A program made the translations under genes and the position numbers. A model generated the notes under the pieces. It was not told where the DNA came from. It searched no databases and saw nothing but the letters and a program-made list of their open reading frames with translations. A DNA stretch of 64,000 nucleotides from contig CAZSDS010000001.1 of NCBI GenBank assembly GCA_964605735.1, positions 134,771 through 198,770 of the forward strand. Direction: 5' to 3'. Shown here in pieces: positions 17,409 to 26,838 of the stretch (the first letter of the stretch is position 1; the number at the start of each line of letters is the position of its first letter). The stretch is from an uncultured Candidatus Saccharibacteria bacterium (GTDB lineage: Bacteria; Patescibacteriota; Doudnabacteria; UBA920; O2-02-FULL-48-8).

Positions 17409-18026
17409 CTATCGGGTGGTTTTTTTCCGCCGCAATGGGGGAAAAATTCTTGGCTGGCCAAGCTTGAAGAGTTCTTCATTCACGGCCATTCTCAAGTCTG
17501 GAGTCCAACTGCTGCCTTCGTGTTTGATAAGCAGGCGCAGTTTGGATTTCTTCTTTTCGAGCTCCAGAAGTTTCGCGACAAACGTCCCCAAATCCTTTTC
17601 CCGGTCCGGGGGATTTCGATTCCACCAAACACCAAGATGTGAGGCGAGATCCTTTGCACTACCGAAAAAAGCCTGCAATGCCGTGGTCGCATACTTTGGA
17701 TCAGCCAGGACGGTAAGCCAGAGAATTCTGGCTCGAGGTTCCTCCGGCCGGATTCTCACCTGACAGAGTGTTGCCGTGACTATGTTGTTGGCCTCGACAT
17801 CACCCCAGCGCGGCTGTCCGTTGTCATTCTTTTTCCCGGAGACAATGGCAAGCGTTTCGTCATGAAACCAGGTCTTGAGACTAGGCAGCTCATGGTCCAT
17901 GGCTGCTTTGAGTACGTCGTTGATGCCCGCTGTAACCAGCGGACGCATATTCAGCGCCGTAGTTACCAAAACCCTGGTAATATGCTCCAAGTGCTCTTTC
18001 TCTGACATGGGTTGCCTGATCAGCAT
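17409..18026 (-). CDS. hypothetical protein (205 aa), GC-rich
   Basis: GGAGGA lies 3 nt before the ATG on the minus strand; no recognised domain. Confidence 0.5.
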   Translation of the reverse strand: MLIRQPMSEKEHLEHITRVLVTTALNMRPLVTAGINDVLKAAMDHELPSLKTWFHDETLAIVSGKKNDNGQPRWGDVEANNIVTATLCQVRIRPEEPRARILWLTVLADPKYATTALQAFFGSAKDLASHLGVWWNRNPPDREKDLGTFVAKLLELEKKKSKLRLLIKHEGSSWTPDLRMAVNEELFKLGQPRIFPPLRRKKTTR

Positions 18027-18142
18027 TAGTCCTCCAACTGCTTTGAGATTTCTAGTTTATAGCTATATATCAGCCGCGTCAATTTTTTGAAAATCTGAAG
18101 CAATTATGGTATAATAATGCGGCATAAATAAATAATATTTTC

Positions 18143-19567
18143 ATGAAACGAACAGAACTTTCTTTTAATCTGATCTCCATTCTGGTTGACTTTATAATGA
18201 TTTTGCTCGCAGGAATTGCGGCTTTTTATTTGCGTTTTGAAATCGCTGAAGTCCGTCCTGTTTTGTTTGATTTAACGATCGGCGATTATGTCCGCAACCT
18301 GTTTTTGGTTTCACCGATTATCATAGGCCTGCTCGCCCTGGCTGGCCTGTACAACTTAAAAGGCACCAGAAGAATATCTTCCGAGCTTTCCCGAATTGTC
18401 CTGGCGATTTCGTCCGGCTTACTTGGTGTTGTCATTTTGTTCTTCTTTAACCAAACAGTGTTCCCATCCCGTATCATTATTCTTTTTACCTGGGGATTGG
18501 CAATCGTCCTAGTCAGCTTGGGAAGAATTATTCTGCGCAGAATTCAGGTTCGCTTGTTGCGCAAGGGGATTGGCGCGCACAAATTAGTTGTCATTGATTG
18601 GGAAGACAGGACGCAAAACAATTTGATGGAAGAGATTTCCAACCGGCCTGAGCTGGGGTACAGGATAGTGGATGTGCTCAAATATCGAGGTGATGTCGAG
18701 CAGATGGTCCAGGAGCTAGAAAAAATCCAGAAAATGACAGGTATTGATGAAATGCTGCAATCAAATCCACGATTGCCTAAAGAGGTTAGTGCACGGCTTT
18801 TGCAGTTCTGTCGCGATTACGGAATTTTGTACAACTTTGTTCCTGATATTTTTGAGACATCTCAGACAAATGTTGAGTTGGCCACCATCTCCGGCGTACC
18901 GGTTGTTGTTTTGAAGGGGACGCCGCTGGAAGGCTGGGGAAAAGTCATTAAGCGCTTGATGGATATAGTTTTTTCATCCATTGGTTTAATTGTTGCCAGC
19001 CCAATTTTCCTGGCCACCGCAATTGCCATCAAAATCAATTCTCGCGGTCCTGTGTTCTTCCACCAGCCGCGGGCAGCCGGACTGGGTTCGTTCGAATGTT
19101 ACAAATTCCGATCCATGTATTATGAAATGAGCGAAGGAACTGCTTCAGGTGATAAGCTAAGAGAAGAGCTGGAAAAGCAAAATGCCCGCCAAGGTCCTTA
19201 CGTAAAGATTAAAAATGACCCGCGTGTTACACCAGTGGGCCGGTTTATCCGCAAAACCAAAATAGACGAACTGCCTCAGCTTTGGCATATTTTACGCGGG
19301 CAGATGAGTTTGGTCGGACCTCGTGTGCACATGGTCAAGGAAGTGGACCATTTCCGAAGCTCATACAAGTGGTTGTTCACAATCAAACCGGGTGCTACAG
19401 GTTTAACACAAATTACGCAGGCAACAGAAAAACCGGAAATTTCCTGGGAAGAGGAAATCAAGCTTGATGCTTTTTACATTGAGAACTGGTCAATCTGGCT
19501 GGATCTGGTCATCATATTTAAAACGGTTCTGATTTTGTTGGGACGAAAACCGAAAGTCGATTACTAA
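18143..19567 (+). CDS. polyprenyl-phosphate sugar phosphotransferase (WbaP/bacterial sugar transferase family)
   Basis: N-terminal multi-TM region plus a C-terminal sugar-transferase domain (ASPIFLATAIAIKINSRGPVFF...KPGATGLTQI). Confidence 0.85.
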   Translation: MKRTELSFNLISILVDFIMILLAGIAAFYLRFEIAEVRPVLFDLTIGDYVRNLFLVSPIIIGLLALAGLYNLKGTRRISSELSRIVLAISSGLLGVVILFFFNQTVFPSRIIILFTWGLAIVLVSLGRIILRRIQVRLLRKGIGAHKLVVIDWEDRTQNNLMEEISNRPELGYRIVDVLKYRGDVEQMVQELEKIQKMTGIDEMLQSNPRLPKEVSARLLQFCRDYGILYNFVPDIFETSQTNVELATISGVPVVVLKGTPLEGWGKVIKRLMDIVFSSIGLIVASPIFLATAIAIKINSRGPVFFHQPRAAGLGSFECYKFRSMYYEMSEGTASGDKLREELEKQNARQGPYVKIKNDPRVTPVGRFIRKTKIDELPQLWHILRGQMSLVGPRVHMVKEVDHFRSSYKWLFTIKPGATGLTQITQATEKPEISWEEEIKLDAFYIENWSIWLDLVIIFKTVLILLGRKPKVDY

Positions 19568-20667
19568 TGCGCATAGCACTTGTCCATGATGTCCTGAATC
19601 AGCTTGGAGGAGCTGAGAAGGTGCTGGAAAATTTTTTGGAGATCTGGCCTGATGCTGTGATTCACACAGTGTTTTATGATGAGCAGAAAACATATGGAGT
19701 ATTCGCCAGATTTAAGAAAAGAATCAGCTGGCTTAATAGCTTCCCGTTTGCGCATAAACACCCTAGGCTTTTTGTAGGCGTGATACCGTTGGCTTTTGAG
19801 AACTTTCGTTTTAAGGATTTTGATGTGGTAATTTCCGATTCATCGTCTTTTGCGAAATTTGCCAAATCTCGTGGTAAGCTTCACATCAGTTACATTCATA
19901 CACCAACAAGATTTTTGTGGACTGAACCCGAATATTTAAACAGGCAAAATTACCCGTACTTATTAAGGCTGGCAGGCAAGATAATCCTGCCTTTACTCAG
20001 AAGGTGGGATTATGCCGCGGCTCAGCGCCCCCATTTTTTGATTGCCAACAGCAAGAATATCCAAGACAGGATAAAAAAATATTACAACCGCGAATCATCA
20101 GTCATTTTTCCGCCTGTTGATGCAGATTTTTACAAACCCACGGGACAGAAGCAGAATTATTTTTTGGTTGCGTCCAGGCTGGAGCCGTACAAAAAGATAG
20201 ACCTGGTCATTGAAGCGTTCAATGAGCTGGGCTGGCCCCTGAAAGTTGCAGGAACCGGCACAAACCTGGAAAACCTTAAAAGCATTGCGGGTTCAAATGT
20301 TGAGTTTTTGGGCCGTGTTACTGATGAAGAGCTAAAGCGTCTGTATTCAGAAGCCAAGGCTTATATTTTTGCCGCAGAGGAGGATGCCGGGATTATGGTG
20401 TTGGAAGCTCAGGCGTGCGGCACTCCGGTTATTGCATATGGAAAAGGCGGTGCACTTGAAACAATCGTCCCAGGGCAGACAGGAGAATTTTTCCCTGAGC
20501 AGTCAAAGGAATCCCTAGTTGCCGTATTAAGAAACTTTGATTCTGCAAAATACACCGCAGAGACCCTCCGCACCCACGCAGTTAAATTCAACAAGCAAGT
20601 CTTCCAGGATAAGATCAGAAAATTCGTTGAAGAAAAATATAAACAGTTTTACAAGATAGGGAATTAG
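19567..20667 (+). CDS. glycosyltransferase family 4
   Basis: GT-B fold with the E-x7-E region (EDAGIMVLEAQACGTPVIA). Confidence 0.8.
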   Translation: MRIALVHDVLNQLGGAEKVLENFLEIWPDAVIHTVFYDEQKTYGVFARFKKRISWLNSFPFAHKHPRLFVGVIPLAFENFRFKDFDVVISDSSSFAKFAKSRGKLHISYIHTPTRFLWTEPEYLNRQNYPYLLRLAGKIILPLLRRWDYAAAQRPHFLIANSKNIQDRIKKYYNRESSVIFPPVDADFYKPTGQKQNYFLVASRLEPYKKIDLVIEAFNELGWPLKVAGTGTNLENLKSIAGSNVEFLGRVTDEELKRLYSEAKAYIFAAEEDAGIMVLEAQACGTPVIAYGKGGALETIVPGQTGEFFPEQSKESLVAVLRNFDSAKYTAETLRTHAVKFNKQVFQDKIRKFVEEKYKQFYKIGN

Positions 20668-20757
20668 GTATGGGTAACGGGTCTGGTCATCGAAGCGCTT
20701 GCGATTAGCACTGCGCTGAGAGGGCCAGCTCTCTACCATAACAAAGACTTAAGGTAT

Positions 20758-21870
20758 ATGAAAATTGGATTAGATTTAAGAATGCTTGGGGGAGGTTCTG
20801 GCATCAGCCGCTACATCTCTGAGCTCACTCAGCAGATTTTGGCTTTGGACAAAACCAATGAGTATGTTTTGTTCTTCAACAAACTGGATGAGCAAACCAA
20901 GTCGGCCTACCAAAAATTCGGCCACAAAATGGTTGAAACCGGCATTCCCCATTACTCCATGGCAGAACAATTTTCATTGCCATCCGTACTGAACAAGGAG
21001 GATCTTGATCTTGTCCACTTTCCGCATTTTAACGCCCCTATGCTTTACGGAAAAAAATTTGTTTCCACCATTCATGACCTGACACACACAAAATTTCCCG
21101 GCAAGAAAAAATCCCATTTTTTCCACCGCCTTGCATATAATCTGGTGATGCTGAATGCAGTTAAGCGCGCCCGCAAAATTATTGCAGTCTCCCAGTCCAC
21201 AAAAAACGAAGTTATTGAGCACTTTGGCATAAATAAGGAAAAAATCCAGGTTATCTATGAAGGGTTTAATTCGATATATAAGGTAATGGACAGGGAGGAA
21301 GCGTTGGCAAAAGTCGCCAATAGATATAAAATTACTAAGCCATTTATACTTTACGTAGGCGTTTGGCGCCGCTATAAAAACATCCCGGCTCTGGCCAGAG
21401 TTTTTGACCGTTTGGTGAAAAGCGGACTTGATTTAGAATTAGTCTTAGCAGGCGAACCAGATCCATTTTATCCTGAAATACAGGAACAAGTTCATTCGAT
21501 TAAGAATAAGGACAGAATAAAAGCGGTTGGCCGCGTATCTGACGAAGATTTGATGCTGTTGTACAATTCTTGCCGCATGTTTGTTCTTCCTTCCCACGCT
21601 GAGGGTTTTGGTTTGACTGCGCTGGAGGCTGCAGCTTGCGGCGCACCGGTAGTAGTCTCAGATATCCCAACCCTGCGCGAAGTTATGGGACACGGCGCAG
21701 AATACTTTGATCCGCAAAATGAAGACAATATGTTCGATGTCATAAAAGGTCTGGTTGTAAATGAGAAGCGGCTTGAGGAGCTTGCCAACGGCGCGCTTTC
21801 AAGATCCAAGCATTACAGCTGGAAACAGGCAGCAGAAGAAACTATTAAGGTATATGAATCAACCAAGTAA
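20758..21870 (+). CDS. glycosyltransferase family 4
   Basis: AEGFGLTALEAAACGAPVVVSDIPTLREV is a GT4 C-terminal motif. Confidence 0.8.
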   Translation: MKIGLDLRMLGGGSGISRYISELTQQILALDKTNEYVLFFNKLDEQTKSAYQKFGHKMVETGIPHYSMAEQFSLPSVLNKEDLDLVHFPHFNAPMLYGKKFVSTIHDLTHTKFPGKKKSHFFHRLAYNLVMLNAVKRARKIIAVSQSTKNEVIEHFGINKEKIQVIYEGFNSIYKVMDREEALAKVANRYKITKPFILYVGVWRRYKNIPALARVFDRLVKSGLDLELVLAGEPDPFYPEIQEQVHSIKNKDRIKAVGRVSDEDLMLLYNSCRMFVLPSHAEGFGLTALEAAACGAPVVVSDIPTLREVMGHGAEYFDPQNEDNMFDVIKGLVVNEKRLEELANGALSRSKHYSWKQAAEETIKVYESTK

Positions 21871-22963
21871 AAAAATAATTTTGGCGGGCGGGGGGACTGG
21901 CGGGCCAGTGGCGCCGCTTTTGGCAGTTGCCCGAGAAATAAATAAAATCGACCCAAGCATAAAATTTTTATTCGTGGGAACGAGTCATGGCCCGGAGCAG
22001 AGAATGGTTGCCGGAGCAGGAATTGATTTCGTTTCAATTCCAGCCGCAAAATTCCGCCGTTATTTTTCGTTGGCAAATTTTACCGACATTTTTGTTTTCT
22101 TCTACAGTCTTTTTAAGGCCTGGAAAGTCGTCAGGCGATTCCAGCCTGATTTGGTTTTTGGGGCAGGTGGTTATGTCGCCCTGCCGGTTGCCTGGGTTGC
22201 GAAGCTAAGTGGGGTAAAGATTGCAATACATCAGCAGGATGCCCGCGTAACTTTGACAAACCGCCTGATTTCACCGATAGCATCTTTGATTACCACGGCG
22301 TTTGACCGCACCGCAAAAGAATTTACCTCCGGCAGCGGCTTAAGCAAAGAGCCTCTGCAGGCTGCGGCCGAATGGGTGGGCAATCCTGTTCGCCAGGAAT
22401 TTTTTACCCCTGTCAGTCCCAACGCCAAGCAAAAATTCGGCTTGGATGATTCATTGCCGGTGTTGCTTATTATGGGTGGAGCAACCGGTTCTGCCCAAAT
22501 TAACTCTGTGGTGTCCGGATCCCTGCCGGAGCTGGTTAAGACTCATCAGGTTATCCATATAACAGGGCCGGGAAAAAACGGATCTGCTTTCCGGCACCGC
22601 CATTACCATCCTTATGAATTTTTGGCTGAGGACATGCCTGATGCAATGAAGCTTGCAGATATTGTCATTGCCCGGGCCGGCCTTTCGACAATTGCCGAAC
22701 TTGCAGTATTGGGTAAAATCAGCATTATAGTCCCAATGCCTGATTCTCATCAGGAAGATAATGCGGCAGTGCTCAAAGATAAAGCCGCGGCTGTGGTTTT
22801 GGACAAGTTAGAATTCAATTCCAGCGATTTGCCGCGAATAGTAACCAGCCTGAAATTCAATGTTGCCCGCCAGAAGCTGCTGACTGAAAACATTAAGAAG
22901 ATTATGCCTCATGACGCGGCAGAACGCATGGCGAAACTAATCATTGAACATGTCAGACAATAG
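21854..22963 (+). CDS. murG: UDP-GlcNAc:undecaprenyl-PP-MurNAc-pentapeptide GlcNAc transferase
   Basis: MNQPSKKIILAGGGTGGPVAPLLAV contains the MurG G-loop GGTGG; ATG at 21854 overlaps the upstream gene end. Confidence 0.85.
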   Translation: MNQPSKKIILAGGGTGGPVAPLLAVAREINKIDPSIKFLFVGTSHGPEQRMVAGAGIDFVSIPAAKFRRYFSLANFTDIFVFFYSLFKAWKVVRRFQPDLVFGAGGYVALPVAWVAKLSGVKIAIHQQDARVTLTNRLISPIASLITTAFDRTAKEFTSGSGLSKEPLQAAAEWVGNPVRQEFFTPVSPNAKQKFGLDDSLPVLLIMGGATGSAQINSVVSGSLPELVKTHQVIHITGPGKNGSAFRHRHYHPYEFLAEDMPDAMKLADIVIARAGLSTIAELAVLGKISIIVPMPDSHQEDNAAVLKDKAAAVVLDKLEFNSSDLPRIVTSLKFNVARQKLLTENIKKIMPHDAAERMAKLIIEHVRQ

Positions 22964-23921
22964 ACCAAAAATCGGTGTGGCTCTTTCTGGTGCTTCCGGA
23001 CGCGCAATTGCACACATTGGCGTGCTTGAGGTTCTGAAGGAAAACAATATCCCCATTGATTACATGGTTGGGTGTTCTTCCGGCGCGCTGATTGCGGCAA
23101 GTTATGCCACTGATACCATGCCATATTTGAAAGAAACTTTTCAGAAAATGGACATGAATAAACTTCTCAGCCTTTGGACCACAAAAAACGCCACGGGAGG
23201 CTTGTTTAATTTAAGCAACGCTGATCCGGAATTCAGAAAACTCACCAAAGGAAAAAGTTTTGAAGAAATTGACCGCCCTAAGCTTGGGTTTGTTGCCGCG
23301 GACATAACCACAGGCGAACTGGTAAATATAACTTCAGGGGACATGATCAAGGCGTTCAAGGCCTCGGTTGCGGTTCCTGGCCTGTTTGAACCGATTATTA
23401 TAGATAACCGGATTCTGGTTGACGGCGGATTGGTTAACATTGTGCCGACCAAAGCAGTCAAAGAAATGGGCGCGGACATTATCATTGGAGTGAACATAGC
23501 AGCCACCAAGTTTATATATGAAAAACGCCTGCCGATCTGGCGCGGCTACCGATTTATTACCAGACTGTTGGGCTTGCAGTTCTTCCGTGAAAAGATCTGG
23601 CCAAAATTGTCTTCACGTATTTTGTTCCAAATTGATTCCCAGTCTGACGTTTTGGAAGAAAAAGACATAAAAGTTCCGGGCGTCTTGTCCATGCTCGCCC
23701 GTGCCCTGGACCATTCGTTGAAGATTTCCGAACAATGGACTGAATCTGAAATGGCTTGCGACCTCATGCTTGAACCGAGAGTTAAGCATTTCGGCAAAAC
23801 AGAGTTCAATAATCTTGATTTGATTTATAACGAAGGCAGGCGGGCCGCCCAACAGGCTGTGCCAAAAATAAAGGCACTTATTGAACAACACGGGTCACAA
23901 AAGAACACAGGAATTAAGTAA
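22944..23921 (+). CDS. patatin-like phospholipase
   Basis: GVALSGASGRAIAHIGVL oxyanion region, GCSSG nucleophile elbow, and DGG at the catalytic Asp. Confidence 0.85.
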   Translation: MNMSDNRPKIGVALSGASGRAIAHIGVLEVLKENNIPIDYMVGCSSGALIAASYATDTMPYLKETFQKMDMNKLLSLWTTKNATGGLFNLSNADPEFRKLTKGKSFEEIDRPKLGFVAADITTGELVNITSGDMIKAFKASVAVPGLFEPIIIDNRILVDGGLVNIVPTKAVKEMGADIIIGVNIAATKFIYEKRLPIWRGYRFITRLLGLQFFREKIWPKLSSRILFQIDSQSDVLEEKDIKVPGVLSMLARALDHSLKISEQWTESEMACDLMLEPRVKHFGKTEFNNLDLIYNEGRRAAQQAVPKIKALIEQHGSQKNTGIK

Positions 23922-23931
23922 GAGAGGACGA

Positions 23932-25326
23932 ATGAAACTGGAAAAAGTATCTCATGTCCACTGTATAGGAATTGGTGGAATTGGCGTGTCAGCCGTGGCG
24001 CGGCTGTTTCTGGCGCAGGGTAAAACAGTCTCAGGTTCGGATATCCGCGAATCTTCAGTCACTGAGGAGTTAAAAGCCCTTGGCGTTAGGATCATGATAG
24101 GGCATAGCGCTGAGAATGTCGGTCCAAACACTGAATTGGTCGTGCATACGGAAGATGTAAATGAAACCTCTCCAGGGTATGTTGAAATCGGACAGGGTAA
24201 AAAAATAGGGGCCGAGGTTTTAAGTTATGCAAAAGTGGTTGGTTTAATTATGCAGGGCATGAAGGGAATTGGTGTTTCCGGGACGAACGGCAAATCAACC
24301 ACAACCGCTATGCTTGGGTTAATTGCCGAAAAGGCCGGGGCAGACCCAACCGTCATCGTTGGTTCAAAAATTCCCAAATTGCCCGGATCAAGCTTTCGCT
24401 CGAATACCAGGGTCGGGGAATCGAATATCTTTATAGTTGAGGCGGATGAGTACCACCGGCACATGCTTGATGCTAAACCGTGGGGTGTCATAATCACAAA
24501 CATCAACGCGGACCATTTAGACTATTACAAGGACCTGGGGGAAATCCAGGAAGCTTTTAATGAGTATGTTAATGCTTTGCCTGACGATGGCGTTTTGATT
24601 TACAACTCCGATGACGCGCCATCGCAGAACATGGCGGAAACGGCAAGGGTCTCAAAATTGTCTTTTGGCTTTGGGGAAAAGGCTGACGTGAGGGCGCTTA
24701 ATGTGCGCACAGAAGGGCGTAAGCAGAGCTTTGAGCTTATATATAAAGGCAAGAATCTGGGTGAGTTCAGTTTGGTTGTGCCCGGACAGCATAATCTGGC
24801 CAATGCCCTGGCTGCAGCTGCGATGGCGCTTGCATTAGGCATCAGTCCTGAGCATATAAAAACTTCCCTGGCCGAGTTTCCGGGCATATGGAGGAGGTTT
24901 GAAACAGTCGGGGAAGTTGAAGGGAAAATTTTGATTTCAGACTACGCCCATCATCCTGATGGCATTCTCAGAACTTTAGAAGCAGTAAGGCAGTTCTACC
25001 CGGATTCGAAAGTTCTAACGGTATTCCAGCCGCACCAGAAAAACCGCACCAGCAAATTATATAAGGAATTTTTGGAATCGCTAAAACCGTGCGACGGCCT
25101 GATTCTCACGGAGATATTCAGCGTTGTTGGTCGGGAGAAAACCAACATTAATATTACTTCCAAAACGTTGGCTGAGGATCTTAAGCCGCACGTCAAAGAA
25201 GTTTTTTTCGCGGAAGATTTAAGAGAAACTGAGAAACTTATCAGAGAAGAGGCAAAGAACTATCAAATCATTCTGTTTATGGGTGCAGGTGATATTGATA
25301 CCCTTGCGCGGAAACTGGCACAATGA
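23932..25326 (+). CDS. murC: UDP-N-acetylmuramate--L-alanine ligase
   Basis: HVHCIGIGGIGVSAVARL, GTNGKST P-loop, Mur-ligase middle and C-terminal domains; SD agagagga. Confidence 0.9.
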   Translation: MKLEKVSHVHCIGIGGIGVSAVARLFLAQGKTVSGSDIRESSVTEELKALGVRIMIGHSAENVGPNTELVVHTEDVNETSPGYVEIGQGKKIGAEVLSYAKVVGLIMQGMKGIGVSGTNGKSTTTAMLGLIAEKAGADPTVIVGSKIPKLPGSSFRSNTRVGESNIFIVEADEYHRHMLDAKPWGVIITNINADHLDYYKDLGEIQEAFNEYVNALPDDGVLIYNSDDAPSQNMAETARVSKLSFGFGEKADVRALNVRTEGRKQSFELIYKGKNLGEFSLVVPGQHNLANALAAAAMALALGISPEHIKTSLAEFPGIWRRFETVGEVEGKILISDYAHHPDGILRTLEAVRQFYPDSKVLTVFQPHQKNRTSKLYKEFLESLKPCDGLILTEIFSVVGREKTNINITSKTLAEDLKPHVKEVFFAEDLRETEKLIREEAKNYQIILFMGAGDIDTLARKLAQ

Positions 25327-25408
25327 TAATTTAGTCTATTTGTTCGTTGACTGGTCCGGATTTTAAAAGCTACAATATATGTAAATTAACGCAAGCCAAG
25401 GAGCAAAC

Positions 25409-25744
25409 ATGAACATTGCCATAAAAACCACGAATTTTGAAATGACGGAAGCAATAAAGGCATATGCGGAAGATAAAGTGGGAGCACTGGAGAAATTTGT
25501 GGATGCCATGCAGGCCAATATTGAACTGGAAAGGGACAGAAAACATACTTCAGGAAATGTGTTTAGGGCAGAGGTTATGATGACCGTTGGCGGCAAACAG
25601 TTAAGGGCGGACGCCAGCGCCACAGATATGTATGCGGCAATTGACTTAGTCATCCCTAAATTGAAAGAACAAATCGCTAAATATAAAGATAAGCGCGATA
25701 CGTTGCAAAAAAGGGGAGCAAGGGCTGCAAAAAACAAGAATTAA
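25409..25744 (+). CDS. hpf: ribosome hibernation promoting factor / RaiA (short form)
   Basis: MNIAIKTTNFEMTEAIKAYAEDKV...FRAEVMMTVGGKQLRA matches the S30AE family. Confidence 0.9.
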   Translation: MNIAIKTTNFEMTEAIKAYAEDKVGALEKFVDAMQANIELERDRKHTSGNVFRAEVMMTVGGKQLRADASATDMYAAIDLVIPKLKEQIAKYKDKRDTLQKRGARAAKNKN

Positions 25745-25762
25745 ATAGGGTTAGTGGTAAAA

Positions 25763-25790
25763 AATGGCTTATTTAAGCCATTTTTTACTT
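25763..25790 (+). terminator. hpf terminator
   Basis: aaaaatggcttatttaagccatttttt; the same hairpin motif (aatggctta-NNN-aagccRtttt) recurs at 4427-4450. Confidence 0.65.
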
Positions 25791-25797
25791 GTCTGGA

Positions 25798-25826
25798 TTG
25801 ACGGATTGCCCCCGTTATGCTAAACT
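25798..25826 (+). promoter_or_regulatory. sigma70-type promoter driving the first GC-rich island transcript
   Basis: TTGACG (25798-25803), 17-nt spacer, TAAACT (25821-25826); a 14-nt perfect palindrome GTTGAACGTTCAAC lies immediately downstream at 25841-25854. Confidence 0.5.
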
Positions 25827-25832
25827 GCTTGC

Positions 25833-26407
25833 ATTCGTAAGTTGAACGTTCAACATCCGTCCAGGAGGACACTCATGACCGACGCCCGCGACCGTTACGG
25901 CGGCCAGCTGACCAGCCCCGCCACCTCAACGATGCATACGCCGCGTTTCTCGTCTCGCCTCGTCGCCGCCGCCGCACGCCGCGTGTAGCCACAAACCGGC
26001 TGGCCGCGGTTCGCACTGTACTACTCGTTTAGCATCTGTTCTCGCCTAAGAGGAGAGTGATGATGCCTCAGATTCGAGCACCGACGTAGTCACGCCAGAC
26101 ACCGGCGGCTGAGATTTGGGCCGAAGCTATCGGCTTCTCTGCCGCCACGCAACCCATTTACATCGTTTCGGTTTCCGCTCCTGAGCGCATTGGTTTTGAT
26201 GAAGCCAGGACCGGATCGGCGGATCTCCATTTGGATCTCCGCCGCGAACGGGGCGCTTTGATTTGCCGCCCCATGCGACCGTGCGTCGCGATTAGTCGGC
26301 AGTCGTTAACCTCAGGGTTCGCCGCCGCGTTGCCGTTGCTTGCGCGCGACGGGTTCCCTTCTTCCCGGCCAACTCATCTCTCATTGAGTTGGCCGGCTTT
26401 ATTTTGC
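25833..26407 (+). other. GC-rich (about 62%) transcription unit 1, about 570 nt, bounded by a promoter and an intrinsic terminator: candidate large ncRNA and/or small-protein gene
   Basis: No ORF of 60 aa or more lies within it (the one listed ORF 26231..26524 begins inside it but only by running through its terminator); it contains a 37-codon SD-led ORF (25875-25988) and a 9-codon SD-led ORF; it ends in a 12-bp stem ccggccaactca/tgagttggccgg plus ctttatttt (26365-26407). Confidence 0.4.
25875..25988 (+). CDS. small SD-led ORF (37 aa) MTDARDRYGGQLTSPATSTMHTPRFSSRLVAAAARRV; may be a leader peptide or unrelated to function
   Basis: AGGAGGA (25863-25869) lies 5 nt before the ATG; very high GC; below the 60-aa cutoff of the ORF track. 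Confidence 0.25.
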   Translation: MTDARDRYGGQLTSPATSTMHTPRFSSRLVAAAARRV

Positions 26408-26432
26408 AAAAAAATCCCAGAGCGGCAAGTCC

Positions 26433-26461
26433 TTGACGTTATGCTGTCGCTTATTTATGAT
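26433..26461 (+). promoter_or_regulatory. sigma70-type promoter of GC-rich unit 2
   Basis: TTGACG (26433-26438), 17-nt spacer, TATGAT (26456-26461). Confidence 0.5.
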
Positions 26462-26467
26462 AAATTC

Positions 26468-26771
26468 GCAATCCAATTCCGGGTTTGCAAAAACACAGGG
26501 AGGTTTTTACGACAAAAAGTGTGAGACGTCGCGTCGTTCGTGCCCCTCGCCCAAAAAGGCCCGCGGACACAAGCGCCGCCTCGCCAATTGGGCATTGGCC
26601 TGAACCCTGACTAGACGGGTTCTACCACCCACCACACTTTCGTTCGGCAATACCCGCATGCGAACCGGGATGTTAGCTTGCCCCTTAACCGCACAACAAC
26701 GGCATCGAAGTGGCTAGCGCCCGGCTCATCCATAAGGCCCGCTCACTAGCTGAGACGGGCCTTTCTTTTTA
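26468..26771 (+). other. GC-rich transcription unit 2, about 300 nt (candidate ncRNA), ending in an intrinsic terminator
   Basis: Has a GGGAGG sequence but no start codon within reach; stops occur in all frames; terminator aggcccg-ctcactagctgaga-cgggcct plus ttcttttt at 26735-26771. Confidence 0.35.
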
Positions 26772-26838
26772 CCTTGGTTTTTAGTATAATATTGGAGCTA
26801 ATTTTAAGTATTTTTCGATAATAACAGCCACTAATTAC

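Noticed and set aside
26231-26524. Listed 97-aa ORF inside the GC-rich island
   Set aside because: It reads straight through a 12-bp-stem intrinsic terminator and the following promoter, has no SD, and exists only because GC-rich DNA is poor in stop codons.
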